From Gammaproteobacteria bacterium (GTDB lineage Bacteria; Pseudomonadota; Gammaproteobacteria; UBA1113): 61,537 nt of DNA. This document shows positions 1 through 9,925 of the stretch, piece after piece. The translations under genes were made by a program, and so were the position numbers. The DNA is taken from positions 1 through 61,537 of the forward strand of contig JAGVJQ010000024.1 in the NCBI GenBank assembly GCA_020051015.1, written 5' to 3'. The notes below the pieces were generated by a model. It did not search any database. It saw only the letters and a program-made list of their open reading frames with translations, and was not told the DNA's origin. Position 1 is the first letter of the stretch; each line of letters begins with the position of its first letter.

Positions 1-19
1 ATCCCCGGGTTACAATACT
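1..19. repeat. Partial GTAACCCGGG-type palindromic repeat (truncated by window edge)
   Basis: atccccgggttacaatact is identical over 19 nt to 21706-21724. Confidence 0.7.
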
Positions 20-29
20 CGCAAGCAAA

Positions 30-54
30 ATGGGTGTATGCAGAACGCCCCTAC
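30..54 (-). repeat. Degenerate REP-C (GTAGGGGCG family)
   Basis: atgggtgtatgcagaacgcccctac resembles atgggcgtatgcaatacgcccctac at 18100 and 43226. Confidence 0.7.
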
Positions 55-56
55 AA

Positions 57-2633
57 TTATTTTTTAAACGTTATTTCTTTATCTTTCAATCCCACTTTAA
101 TCACATCTTTCGGGCCAAATTCACCGCGCAATAAGCGTTGTGCCAATGGATTTTCCAGATATTGTTGAATACAACGTTTCAAGGGTCGTGCACCATATAC
201 CGGGTCATAACCCATATTAGCCAAGAAAGTCATGGCATCAGGCGTCACTTCCAACATGATATCTTTATCGCGTAAACGTTTAGCCAAGCGTTGAATTTGA
301 ATATCGGCAATCTTCATGATTTGATCGCGTTGTAAGGGATGGAAGACCACTGTCTCATCAATACGATTGATAAATTCTGGTCTAAAATGTTGTCCAACCA
401 CTTCCATCACCGCATTCTTCATAGCTGTATAATCATTTTTCTCAGCAAACTCTTGGATTAAATGTGAACCCAAATTAGATGTCATGACCACTACCGCATT
501 ACGAAAATCAACAGTACGGCCTTGACCATCTGTTAAACGACCATCATCTAAAACTTGCAATAAAATATTAAATACATCTGGATGCGCCTTTTCGACTTCA
601 TCCAATAAAATGACTGAATAAGGGCGGCGACGCACGGCTTCGGTTAAATAACCACCTTCTTCATAACCAACATACCCAGGAGGTGCTCCTACCAAACGTG
701 AAACAGAATGCTTTTCCATAAATTCTGACATATCGATACGGACCATTGCATCTTCTGTATCAAATAGGAACTCAGCCAATGTTTTACATAATTCAGTTTT
801 ACCAACACCTGTTGGCCCTAAAAATAAAAATGAGCCTATGGGTCGATTAGGATCAGATAATCCAGCACGTGACCTGCGAATAGCGTTAGCAACAGCATTA
901 ATTGCTTCTTCTTGTCCAATGACACGTTTATGCAAAGCATCTTCCATTTGTAATAACTTTTCACGTTCACCTTCCAGCATTTTGGACACGGGAATATGTG
1001 TCCATTTTGAAACTACTTCAGCAATTTCTTCTTCAGTAACTTCATTACGCACCAATTGTGTAGTCTTTTTACCGCCTTCTGCTGCTGCTTGTAATTGGCG
1101 TTCTAGCTCTGGAATTTTGCCATATTGTAACTCTGACATACGGCCTAAATCACCAGCACGTCGTGCCGTCTCCATTTCTTGCCGCGCACGTTCTAATTCT
1201 TCTTGTACATGTTTCGTGCCCTGCAAAATTGCTTTTTCAGCTTTCCACACTTCTTCTAAATCAGAAAATTCTTTTTCTGCACGGCCAATGTCTTCTTCTA
1301 ACATATTCAATCGTTTTTTTGCCGCTTCATCTTTCTCTTTTTTGAGTGCTTCACGTTCAATTTTCAATTGAATAATGCGACGATTTAAATGATCCATTTC
1401 TTCAGGCATAGAATCAATTTCCATGCGAATATTACTTGCAGCCTCATCGATTAAATCAATTGCTTTATCCGGTAAATTACGATCGGTAATGTAACGCACT
1501 GATAATTTTACTGCGGCAATAATGGCTGAATCATTAATCCGAACGCCGTGGTGAATTTCGTAACGTTCTTTAAGACCGCGTAAAATTGCCACGGTATCTT
1601 CACCAGAAGGCTCATTCACTAAAATCTTTTGGAAACGGCGTTCCAAGGCGGCATCTTTTTCAATATATTGGCGATATTCATCTAACGTTGTAGCACCGAT
1701 ACAATGCAATTCACCGCGTGCTAATGCAGGTTTTAACATATTACCTGCATCCATGGCGCCTTCAGCTTTACCCGCACCAACCATGGTATGTAATTCATCG
1801 ATAAACAGAATAATTTGGCCTTCTTGTTTGGCTAAATCATTTAACACGGCTTTCAAGCGTTCTTCAAATTCACCGCGGAATTTAGCACCGGCAATTAAGG
1901 AACCCATATCTAACACTAAGAGACGTTTATTCTTCAGTGTTTCTGGTACTTCGCCATTGACTATGCGTTGTGCTAATCCTTCTACAATCGCTGTTTTACC
2001 AACCCCTGGCTCCCCAATTAGAACTGGATTATTCTTGGTGCGACGTTGCAATACTTGAATAGTGCGGCGAATTTCTGCATCGCGGCCAATCACTGGATCG
2101 AGCTTGCCTTGTTCTGCTCGTTCAGTTAAATCAATGGTATATTTTTTCAATGCTTGGCGATTATCTTCTGCATTAGCATCTTGAACACCTTCGCCACCAC
2201 GTACGGCATCAATTGCTTCCATCAAAGCTTGTTTATTTGCCCCTGCTTTTTTAAGAATATTTTGTAATTCACAATCCGTTTCCATGACGGCTAAGACAAA
2301 TAACTCACTTGATATAAATTGATCATTGCGTTTTTGTGCCAATTTATCTGTCGTATTTAATAATCGATTTAATTCATTAGAAATATGTAATTCACCGGCA
2401 GCTCCGCCACTCACTTTTGGCAATCGATCAAGCGAAGCATTAAGTTGATCATCAAATTGCCTCATATTAACGCCAGCTTTAGTAAGCAAGGGACGAATAC
2501 TGCTACCTTCTTGATCCAATAATGCTTTCATCAGATGTTGTGGTTCGATCACTTGATTATCGCGACCAACCGCTAATGACTGCGCATCCATCAATGCGTT
2601 ATAAAATTTTGTTGTTAATTTATCCATTCGCAT
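57..2633 (-). CDS. clpB: ATP-dependent chaperone ClpB
   Basis: MRMDKLT N-terminus (start placed at 2633); two Walker A motifs GEPGVGKT and GPTGVGKT; M-domain coiled coil; GARPLKR. Confidence 0.98.
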   Translation of the reverse strand: MRMDKLTTKFYNALMDAQSLAVGRDNQVIEPQHLMKALLDQEGSSIRPLLTKAGVNMRQFDDQLNASLDRLPKVSGGAAGELHISNELNRLLNTTDKLAQKRNDQFISSELFVLAVMETDCELQNILKKAGANKQALMEAIDAVRGGEGVQDANAEDNRQALKKYTIDLTERAEQGKLDPVIGRDAEIRRTIQVLQRRTKNNPVLIGEPGVGKTAIVEGLAQRIVNGEVPETLKNKRLLVLDMGSLIAGAKFRGEFEERLKAVLNDLAKQEGQIILFIDELHTMVGAGKAEGAMDAGNMLKPALARGELHCIGATTLDEYRQYIEKDAALERRFQKILVNEPSGEDTVAILRGLKERYEIHHGVRINDSAIIAAVKLSVRYITDRNLPDKAIDLIDEAASNIRMEIDSMPEEMDHLNRRIIQLKIEREALKKEKDEAAKKRLNMLEEDIGRAEKEFSDLEEVWKAEKAILQGTKHVQEELERARQEMETARRAGDLGRMSELQYGKIPELERQLQAAAEGGKKTTQLVRNEVTEEEIAEVVSKWTHIPVSKMLEGEREKLLQMEDALHKRVIGQEEAINAVANAIRRSRAGLSDPNRPIGSFLFLGPTGVGKTELCKTLAEFLFDTEDAMVRIDMSEFMEKHSVSRLVGAPPGYVGYEEGGYLTEAVRRRPYSVILLDEVEKAHPDVFNILLQVLDDGRLTDGQGRTVDFRNAVVVMTSNLGSHLIQEFAEKNDYTAMKNAVMEVVGQHFRPEFINRIDETVVFHPLQRDQIMKIADIQIQRLAKRLRDKDIMLEVTPDAMTFLANMGYDPVYGARPLKRCIQQYLENPLAQRLLRGEFGPKDVIKVGLKDKEITFKK

Positions 2634-2665
2634 AGTACAAACCCCAAATTGTATATACTTAAAGA

Positions 2666-2693
2666 ATAAGGCTTGATTTGATAAGTTCAAGGG
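2666..2693 (-). promoter_or_regulatory. Probable sigma-32 heat-shock promoter of clpB
   Basis: Minus strand reads CCCTTGAA-N14-CCTTAT, close to the sigma-32 consensus CCCTTGAA-N13-15-CCCCAT. Confidence 0.65.
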
Positions 2694-2733
2694 GGCACAA
2701 TGAAATTAGTTGATTTACATCATGGATAAAGTA

Positions 2734-3141
2734 ATGAAAAGACGACTATTTGGATTTACGTTAATTGAATTATTAATTGCCCTCATCATTATTGCTATAC
2801 TGGCGGCAGTTGCTTATCCCTCATACGTTGGTTACATAACTAAAACTCGCCGTAGCGATGGCCAAACGGCATTACTTGATTTAGCTAATCGGATGGAGCG
2901 TTATTTCACTGTCAATAATACTTATGTTGGCGCCACGTTAGCTAATGTTGGCACGACCGCTACCACACCAGGTGGTTATTATACGTTGTCCATTAGTGCC
3001 TCGGGCGCTACGACTTATACGATTCAAGCAGCACCGGCTGGTTCACAAACCAGCGATACGCAATGTGCTACGTTAACATTAAATCAATTAGGTCAAAAAG
3101 GTAAAACAGGGACGGGTACTGTCTCGGATTGTTGGCAATAG
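2734..3141 (+). CDS. pilE: Type IV minor pilin, PilE/ComP-like
   Basis: Prepilin cleavage/methylation motif G-FTLIEL, hydrophobic helix, AYPSY...RRSDG, C-terminal Cys pair; start may be 2722 or 2734. Confidence 0.8.
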   Translation: MKRRLFGFTLIELLIALIIIAILAAVAYPSYVGYITKTRRSDGQTALLDLANRMERYFTVNNTYVGATLANVGTTATTPGGYYTLSISASGATTYTIQAAPAGSQTSDTQCATLTLNQLGQKGKTGTGTVSDCWQ

Positions 3142-3144
3142 ACC

Positions 3145-3579
3145 CTAATTCTTTGAGCAAGGACTATTTGCTGCAGATATTGGTGCCTGAAAAAGACGGC
3201 CATTATGAAATTCAATTAATACTGCTGGCAAATTAGGACCTTTATCATATTGCCAAACTGTAATTTCAAGGGTACGACCTAATGTAGAGGTAGGATTAGT
3301 GCTTGTTGTTGGATTAATAGTGTTTGAGCTGTTATTAATCTTATAGGTCGTATTGGTGTTATAGGTTGTATTAGTAATTTGTGTTAACTGATGGGTGCAG
3401 GTTTCAACAAGACTGGGGGTCCCGCATTGTTGTTGTACTTTATCCATGGTATCACCAACTTGCACAAAGCCACTCGTGGTATTGTGCGAACAATAATAAG
3501 CAAAGACCGGCATATTTAGACAAAGCAATCCCAGCATCAAGCATACTTTTATCAACTGATTACCACGCATCCTGCACAT
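3145..3579 (-). CDS. DUF2845-like secreted protein
   Basis: Signal peptide; C..GFVQVGD....VQQQCGTP and WQYDKGPN...IEFHNG motifs. Confidence 0.6.
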   Translation of the reverse strand: MCRMRGNQLIKVCLMLGLLCLNMPVFAYYCSHNTTSGFVQVGDTMDKVQQQCGTPSLVETCTHQLTQITNTTYNTNTTYKINNSSNTINPTTSTNPTSTLGRTLEITVWQYDKGPNLPAVLIEFHNGRLFQAPISAANSPCSKN

Positions 3580-3593
3580 GCCTCCTAAGATTA

Positions 3594-4028
3594 TTATTCA
3601 GCGATCTCCAGTATCTCCACTTCAAACACCACACTCTGGCCACACAATGGATGATTAAAATCCAGTATTACTTCATCATCATTAAAATCACGAATAATGC
3701 CTAACAAAGGATGGCCATTTAATTGTTCGAATTCAATAATGGTGCCCTTTTCCATTTTAATTTTATTATCAAAACGTTGTCGTGGCATTTTATGGATATT
3801 GGCTGGGTTTGGATAACCAAAGGCATCTTGTGGCGCCAACGTAAAACTTTTTTTATCCCCCGATTTTAAGCCAATTAATTCGTATTCAAATGCTGGCGTT
3901 ACTTCACCACTACCTAAAGTGATCTTAGCAGGCTTATGGGATACACGTGTACTATCAACAACTGAGTCATCGGTTAGTTTCATATTGATATGCAAAATAA
4001 CAGTTGAATTTGAAGTAATTTGTTGCAT
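3594..4028 (-). CDS. fkpB: FKBP-type peptidyl-prolyl isomerase (SlpA/FkpB)
   Basis: DFNHPLCG, AFG.P.P motifs; lies directly after lspA. Confidence 0.9.
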   Translation of the reverse strand: MQQITSNSTVILHINMKLTDDSVVDSTRVSHKPAKITLGSGEVTPAFEYELIGLKSGDKKSFTLAPQDAFGYPNPANIHKMPRQRFDNKIKMEKGTIIEFEQLNGHPLLGIIRDFNDDEVILDFNHPLCGQSVVFEVEILEIAE

Positions 4029-4030
4029 GC

Positions 4031-4522
4031 TTAATCTCGTCTAAATAATAATAAAAAAACTAAAATAGCCGCACCGATGGAAATGGCTGAATCGGCTACA
4101 TTAAAAGTGGCAAAATACCAATTGTTAATATGAAAAGAAATAAAGTCAGTCACATATCCTGACCAGAAACGATCGATTAAATTACTGACGGCACCGCCTA
4201 AAATTAGCGTTAATGCAAATATTAGCCATTTTTTGTATGGTTCTGCCTGCAAAATCCAAATCAGCAAATAACCAATGATTAATATCGCAATAGTAATTAA
4301 TGTCCAACGTGCCCAACCAGGCTGGCTATTCAAAAAACTAAATGCCGCGCCACTGTTAAATGACAATGTAAAGTTTAGCCATGAAAATACTTTGAATGGG
4401 ACAAAAAGCAATAACTTTTTTCGCACCATAAATTTAGTTAGCTGATCCAAAATAATAACGATCACTGAAACAGCTAACCAACGTGTATTTTGCGGGCTCC
4501 AGGTTTTGACATCCATTTCCAT
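4031..4522 (-). CDS. lspA: Lipoprotein signal peptidase II
   Basis: DQLTK, NSGAAFS, GAVSNLIDR, VTDFI, FNVAD motifs. Confidence 0.97.
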   Translation of the reverse strand: MEMDVKTWSPQNTRWLAVSVIVIILDQLTKFMVRKKLLLFVPFKVFSWLNFTLSFNSGAAFSFLNSQPGWARWTLITIAILIIGYLLIWILQAEPYKKWLIFALTLILGGAVSNLIDRFWSGYVTDFISFHINNWYFATFNVADSAISIGAAILVFLLLFRRD

Positions 4523-7350
4523 TATGCAAAATGCCTATGTTCACCTTTCCCATCCACGTTTTCGATACAACGTGAACATAACTCTGGATGCTTCGCATCT
4601 TTGCCAACTGAATCACGACGATGCCAACAACGTGCGCATTTAGTATTAGGTGAAGGAGTAACTTGCACCCATAATCCTGGAACATCCGTTGCTTCAGCAC
4701 CTGCCGGGGCATTATCAGCTAAAATAAGTTCGGCTGATGATGTGATCAAGACAAATCGCAATTCATCCTTTAATTTACTTAACAAATCAATCATGCCACG
4801 ACCACAGTATAATTTCACTTCCGCTTCTAAACCGGAGCCGATTTTTCCAGCATTACGGGCGATTTCTAATTGTTTATTGACGGCATCTCTGATGCAAATA
4901 ATTTCATGCCAAAACGCTTGCCCCATATTTACGGAATCAGGTGCGATAAATAAACCTTCATACCAACTTTCAAAGAAAATACTTTCGCTATGTTGCCCAG
5001 GGAGATAACGCCAAATTTCTTCTGCTGTAAAACTTAATATAGGTGCTAACCAACGAACTAATGCTTGCGCGATATGATACATTGCCGTTTGTGCTGAACG
5101 ACGGGCAATACTGTTATTTTTCGTGGTATATTGTCGATCTTTGATGATATCCAGATAAAAACTACCCATATCAATACTACAGAAATTATGTATTTTTTGG
5201 GTGACTAAATGGAATTGATATTCATCATAGTCATGTCGTATTTCTTGTTGCAAGTGATATGCTTTTTCGACTGCCCAAGCGTCTAAACTTAAAAGTTTCT
5301 CGGCGTCTACTAAATCAGTTGCCGGATTAAAACCCGCTAGATTTGCTAATAAAAAGCGAACGGTGTTACGAATACGACGATATACATCGGAAGTACGTTT
5401 AAAGATTTCATCAGAAACTGTCATTTCACTACGATAGTCAGTTGACGCAACCCACAAGCGTAAAATATCAGCTCCCAATGTTTTCACCACTTTTTCTGGA
5501 GCAATCACATTGCCAAGTGATTTCGACATTTTGCGACCTTGGGCATCTACCGTAAAACCATGTGTTAATACCTGTTTATATGGCGCATGCCCCGTCACCG
5601 CAACGGAAGAAAGTAATGATGTTTGGAACCAGCCACGATATTGATCAGAACCTTCTGAATATAAATCAGCAGGGAACTGTAAATCATGACGTTGCTGTAA
5701 TACACATGCATATGTCGCACCTGAATCAAACCAGACATCTAAGGTATCATTCAATTTATCATAATCAACAGCATCGGATCCCAATACTGTTTTAGGCTCT
5801 AATTGGAACCAAGCTTCAATACCATCTTTCTCAACTAATTGAGCTACTTTTTCCAATACTTCTGTGCTGTTTGGATGTAATTCACCGGTATCTTTCTGAA
5901 TAAAAAATGGAATTGGCACTCCCCAATTACGTTGTCGCGAAATACACCAATCAGGACGTTTTGCCACCATATCATAAATACGTGCTTGACCCCATTCTGG
6001 CATCCACTTGACCTTATTAATTTCTGCCAATGCTTTTTCACGTAAATGTTGTTTCTCCATGCTGACAAACCATTGCGGAGTACCACGGAAAATTAATGGT
6101 TTTTTATGTCGCCAGCAAATAGGATAACTATGAACAAGATGTCCCGCATGTAAAAGATTATTTTGGATTGTTAAAATTTCAATAATGGCGCGGTTAGCAT
6201 CAAATACATACATTCCACCTACGATCGGTGCTTCAGGCTTGAAATGGCCATTAGCCATGACATCATGATCAACAGATAAATGATATTTCAAACCAATTTC
6301 ATAATCTTCTTGACCATGTGCTGGCGCGATGTGGACACATCCAGTACCCGTATCAGTCGTCACATGCATACCTAAAACAATAGGCACACTACGGTGGCAG
6401 AATGGATGTTGTAATTGCAAACCTTCTAATTTATTGCCTTTTACGCGTGCAATTTGCCTGATGTCTGTTGCATTAACACGATTGGTAAATGATTCTTGTA
6501 ATGCTTCGGCAACCAATAGTGTACAAAACCGCTGATCAACATTACATGAAAAAACGACATATTCTAAATCAGGATGCACTGCTACCGCCTGATTGGCAGG
6601 CAAAGTCCAGGGTGTCGTCGTCCAAATCACAACATCCATTTCATGAGCAACATGTGCTTGCGCTAGAATATCACAACGCGATAATAATTCTTTTGGATCT
6701 AAGACTTTGAAAATTACATCAATAGCTGGGGATTCTTTATCAGCGTATTCAACTTCAGCTTCAGCCAATGCTGAACCGCATTCTGTACACCAATGCACAG
6801 GTTTATAACCACGATGCACATGACCATTGGCAAATATCTTGCCTAATGTCCGAATAACATTAGCTTCAAATTTTGGATCCATGGTCAAATAAGGATGTTG
6901 CCAATCTCCAATCACACCTAAGCGTTGAAACGATTCTGATTGAATAGCAACTTGTTCCGTTGCATAAGCGCGACATGCCAAACGAAAATCTTTTGCTGGA
7001 ATATGTAAGCCTGCCTTACCTAATTTTCGTTCTACGTTTAATTCAATAGGTAAACCATGACAATCCCAACCGGGCACATAAGGTGCATCAAAACCGCTTA
7101 AGGTTTTTGACTTGGTAATAATGTCTTTAATAATTTTATCTACCGCATGGCCAAGATGAATATCACCATTTGCATAGGGTGGGCCATCATGTAAAACAAA
7201 TTTAGGCTTGTTTTTGCCTAATTCGCGCAAGCGTTGATATAAGCCCAATTGTTGCCAATAAGCTAACATTTGTGGCTCACGTTCAGCCAAATTTGCTTTC
7301 ATAGGAAAATCGGTTTGTGGCAAATTCAATGTGTCTTTATATTCAGTCAT
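4522..7350 (-). CDS. ileS: Isoleucine-tRNA ligase
   Basis: HDGPPYANG/HLGH, PGWDCHGLP, KMSKS, C-terminal CARC...CSRC zinc finger; start MTEYK at 7350. Confidence 0.98.
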   Translation of the reverse strand: MTEYKDTLNLPQTDFPMKANLAEREPQMLAYWQQLGLYQRLRELGKNKPKFVLHDGPPYANGDIHLGHAVDKIIKDIITKSKTLSGFDAPYVPGWDCHGLPIELNVERKLGKAGLHIPAKDFRLACRAYATEQVAIQSESFQRLGVIGDWQHPYLTMDPKFEANVIRTLGKIFANGHVHRGYKPVHWCTECGSALAEAEVEYADKESPAIDVIFKVLDPKELLSRCDILAQAHVAHEMDVVIWTTTPWTLPANQAVAVHPDLEYVVFSCNVDQRFCTLLVAEALQESFTNRVNATDIRQIARVKGNKLEGLQLQHPFCHRSVPIVLGMHVTTDTGTGCVHIAPAHGQEDYEIGLKYHLSVDHDVMANGHFKPEAPIVGGMYVFDANRAIIEILTIQNNLLHAGHLVHSYPICWRHKKPLIFRGTPQWFVSMEKQHLREKALAEINKVKWMPEWGQARIYDMVAKRPDWCISRQRNWGVPIPFFIQKDTGELHPNSTEVLEKVAQLVEKDGIEAWFQLEPKTVLGSDAVDYDKLNDTLDVWFDSGATYACVLQQRHDLQFPADLYSEGSDQYRGWFQTSLLSSVAVTGHAPYKQVLTHGFTVDAQGRKMSKSLGNVIAPEKVVKTLGADILRLWVASTDYRSEMTVSDEIFKRTSDVYRRIRNTVRFLLANLAGFNPATDLVDAEKLLSLDAWAVEKAYHLQQEIRHDYDEYQFHLVTQKIHNFCSIDMGSFYLDIIKDRQYTTKNNSIARRSAQTAMYHIAQALVRWLAPILSFTAEEIWRYLPGQHSESIFFESWYEGLFIAPDSVNMGQAFWHEIICIRDAVNKQLEIARNAGKIGSGLEAEVKLYCGRGMIDLLSKLKDELRFVLITSSAELILADNAPAGAEATDVPGLWVQVTPSPNTKCARCWHRRDSVGKDAKHPELCSRCIENVDGKGEHRHFA

Positions 7351-8284
7351 GTTTCTTTTCCAGTTCAAAAAATGCCTTGGCTGCAATAACATCTTGCCAA
7401 ATTTGTTGCTTTAACGCATCAATATCAGCAAATCGCTGCTCATCACGAATCTTATATTTAAAAATTACTTTTAACCGCTGACCATACAAGTCACCAGCAA
7501 AATCAAACAAATGTACTTCCAGTTTGCGGCGTAATCCATCAACCGTCGGCCTAACGCCTAAATTGGCGACACCATGGTAATATTGATGGTCTTCTAGCAT
7601 TACGTCAACTGCAAAAACGCCAGATAACACAAGTTTATCATGCTTTAGCAAAATATTAGCCGTAGGAAAGCCTAATAATCGTCCGCGTTGGTCACCGGGT
7701 TTAACGTGGCCACTCAGAGAATAGGGTCGCCCCAGTAATAATGCCGCGTGCTTAAAATCATGGTGGCGCAGTGCCTGTCGTACGCGCGTACTACTCACTC
7801 GTAACTCATCTTGCATTACTGTCGGAAAACTGGCCAATTCAAAATGATGCTCCAACGCAGCTGCTGCTAATAATTCGTGATTACCCTCTCGCTTATAACC
7901 AAAACGAAAATCATCACCAACCAATAAATAGCCGGTTTTTAATCGCTCCAGTAAAATGGTATTAATAAATTCTTTTGCCCGCATACCAACCAGTTTTTGG
8001 TTAAAATAAAGACACACCAGATAATCCAAACCCATCTCGCGCAATAATTGTACTTTTTCATGGAATGGTGTTATTCGTGATGGGGCTTGTTCAGGTTGCA
8101 AAAACTCCAGCGGCTGTGGTTCAAATAATATTAAAACCGATGGCATATGACGTTGTTTAGCAGTTGCTAATAAGGTTTCCACAATACGTTGATGGCCAAG
8201 ATGAATGCCATCAAAATTACCGATAGTTACTGCGGTTGCTTGTGTAAATGTGGGCAGATTATGTAATCCGCGGATTATTTTCAT
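7343..8284 (-). CDS. ribF: Bifunctional riboflavin kinase/FAD synthetase
   Basis: GNFDGIHLGH, VGDDFRFG, VSSTRVR, GFPTAN, GVRPT motifs. Confidence 0.97.
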   Translation of the reverse strand: MKIIRGLHNLPTFTQATAVTIGNFDGIHLGHQRIVETLLATAKQRHMPSVLILFEPQPLEFLQPEQAPSRITPFHEKVQLLREMGLDYLVCLYFNQKLVGMRAKEFINTILLERLKTGYLLVGDDFRFGYKREGNHELLAAAALEHHFELASFPTVMQDELRVSSTRVRQALRHHDFKHAALLLGRPYSLSGHVKPGDQRGRLLGFPTANILLKHDKLVLSGVFAVDVMLEDHQYYHGVANLGVRPTVDGLRRKLEVHLFDFAGDLYGQRLKVIFKYKIRDEQRFADIDALKQQIWQDVIAAKAFFELEKKHD

Positions 8285-8406
8285 TATTTTCGTGCTAAAG
8301 AATGATTAATATGCGGGTATTTTAGCATAATTGCTTTTGGATGGCGAAGGGTTAAGATTTTGCTATGTAGTAAAAAAGTAACTGTCGGATCAAATAATGC
8401 AGAAAT

Positions 8407-8619
8407 GTAGCCCGGGTCAAAGCGTCATAATATGAATGAAATGCTAATAACGTAATAATTCACCATTAGCGATAAAACAACGTTTGACGCGTAACCCGGG
8501 ATCGAGCAGGCCTCGACCATGATTCCCGGGTTTCACGCGTTAACAAACGTTTTTCAATTTCTCTGATTATCAATGCCCTATGATTTTTTCATTCGCAAAA
8601 CGCGCTCACACCGGGCTAC
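8407..8619. repeat. REPIN-like inverted doublet of long-loop GTAGCCCG REPs (copy 1)
   Basis: GTAGCCCGGGTCAAAGCG-~63 nt-CGCGTAACCCGGG, a spacer, then inverted CCCGGGTTTCACGCG-~61 nt-CGCGCTCACACCGGGCTAC. Confidence 0.8.
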
Positions 8620-8629
8620 GTTTGACAAA

Positions 8630-9925
8630 TTATTGTTTTACTTCCGCCCCGGTTTCATGCACAAAAACGCCAAAAATAATCGCTAATGCTAAACAAATCG
8701 GGACAATCGACAATGCAAAACGGTAATCACTATTCGTCAACGCAATGCCACTAAGGTGCAATGCATTTCCCGAATGCCAATCTAATAATCTACCGATGAC
8801 TGGTTGAAACACCATCCCACCTAACATGGTTAAAAAGTTAGTCATGGCAATGGCTGTACCTGCAAATCGGTTAGCCACTGATTCACGACTTACGGCAAAA
8901 GTAATAACTTCTACACTAGCAAATAAACCAAGCAAAAATAGTAAAACACAAATTTGTGTTACTGAAAGATTTGGCACGTAAAACAAAATACATGAAACAA
9001 TTAATGCTAACGCAGCACCCACAATAATAACAATTTTGCGACGTTCAATACGATCTGAAAGCCAACCAAAAGCGATTCCACCTATTGAAAAGCCAACAAA
9101 TAATAATGGATTCACAATTGAAGCATGAATTTCAGGAAAATGCTGTGCTTGTTCTAAGTATGGAATGCCCCATAATTCAGCAAATACGCTAATGGGTAAA
9201 TATAAGAAACAAGCAATAATGCCGGCAAACCATACTTGGCGCGTACGTACCATAAATGCCAAACCTGAAAATAAGTCTCTAAAACTTGTCGATTGATGCA
9301 ACTCATCAGCGGCATTAAGTTGTTGTGCTGGATTTTTATCTTTTATGGAAAACCAGATAATTGCGGCTAAAATCACCCCCAGAATGGCGGTGATAAATAC
9401 TGTTTGATGCCAACCAATAATATTAACCATCGGCGTTAATAAAATATCACCCAACACTGGCCCTAACATACCTAAAGCAGTCACTAAACCACAGACCATC
9501 GCAAAACGACTTGGTGGTAACCAAATGGATGCTAACTTCATTACCCCAACAAAAGCAAAGGCCGATCCAAAGCCAACTAGAAAACGGCCGAATGCGGCAA
9601 TTGAAAATATATTCGCAGCAAATAAACAGGTACCAACGACACAAATCAAACAAGCAAAAGTAATTAATCGGCGTGGACCAAAGCGATCCATGAGCACCCC
9701 AACGGGAATTTGCAGTGGTGTATAAGCGTAATAATAAAACGCAGACAAAAATCCAAACATCATATTGTCAATATTGAAAGTTTGCATTAACTCATGTTGC
9801 ATCACACTGGGTGTAACGCGTAAGAAATATTCATAGCAATAAAATAAAGCGCCAATACCACACATAATCCATGGCAGATATTTGGGGCTAAATATTGATG
9901 ATATTGTCTTTGTTTGTGTATTCAC
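8630..9925 (-). CDS. MFS transporter, Pht-like
   Basis: About 12 TM segments; GVLMDRFGPRR and GWLSDRIERRK motif A; FYCYEYFLRVTPSVM N-terminus. Confidence 0.85.
   Translation of the reverse strand: MNTQTKTISSIFSPKYLPWIMCGIGALFYCYEYFLRVTPSVMQHELMQTFNIDNMMFGFLSAFYYYAYTPLQIPVGVLMDRFGPRRLITFACLICVVGTCLFAANIFSIAAFGRFLVGFGSAFAFVGVMKLASIWLPPSRFAMVCGLVTALGMLGPVLGDILLTPMVNIIGWHQTVFITAILGVILAAIIWFSIKDKNPAQQLNAADELHQSTSFRDLFSGLAFMVRTRQVWFAGIIACFLYLPISVFAELWGIPYLEQAQHFPEIHASIVNPLLFVGFSIGGIAFGWLSDRIERRKIVIIVGAALALIVSCILFYVPNLSVTQICVLLFLLGLFASVEVITFAVSRESVANRFAGTAIAMTNFLTMLGGMVFQPVIGRLLDWHSGNALHLSGIALTNSDYRFALSIVPICLALAIIFGVFVHETGAEVKQ

Noticed and set aside
838-2058. Antisense ORFs inside clpB, and similar shadow ORFs in infB, nusA, hldE, asmA, radA, carB and others
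   Set aside because: They are opposite-strand or alternate-frame by-products of conserved genes, with no independent motifs.
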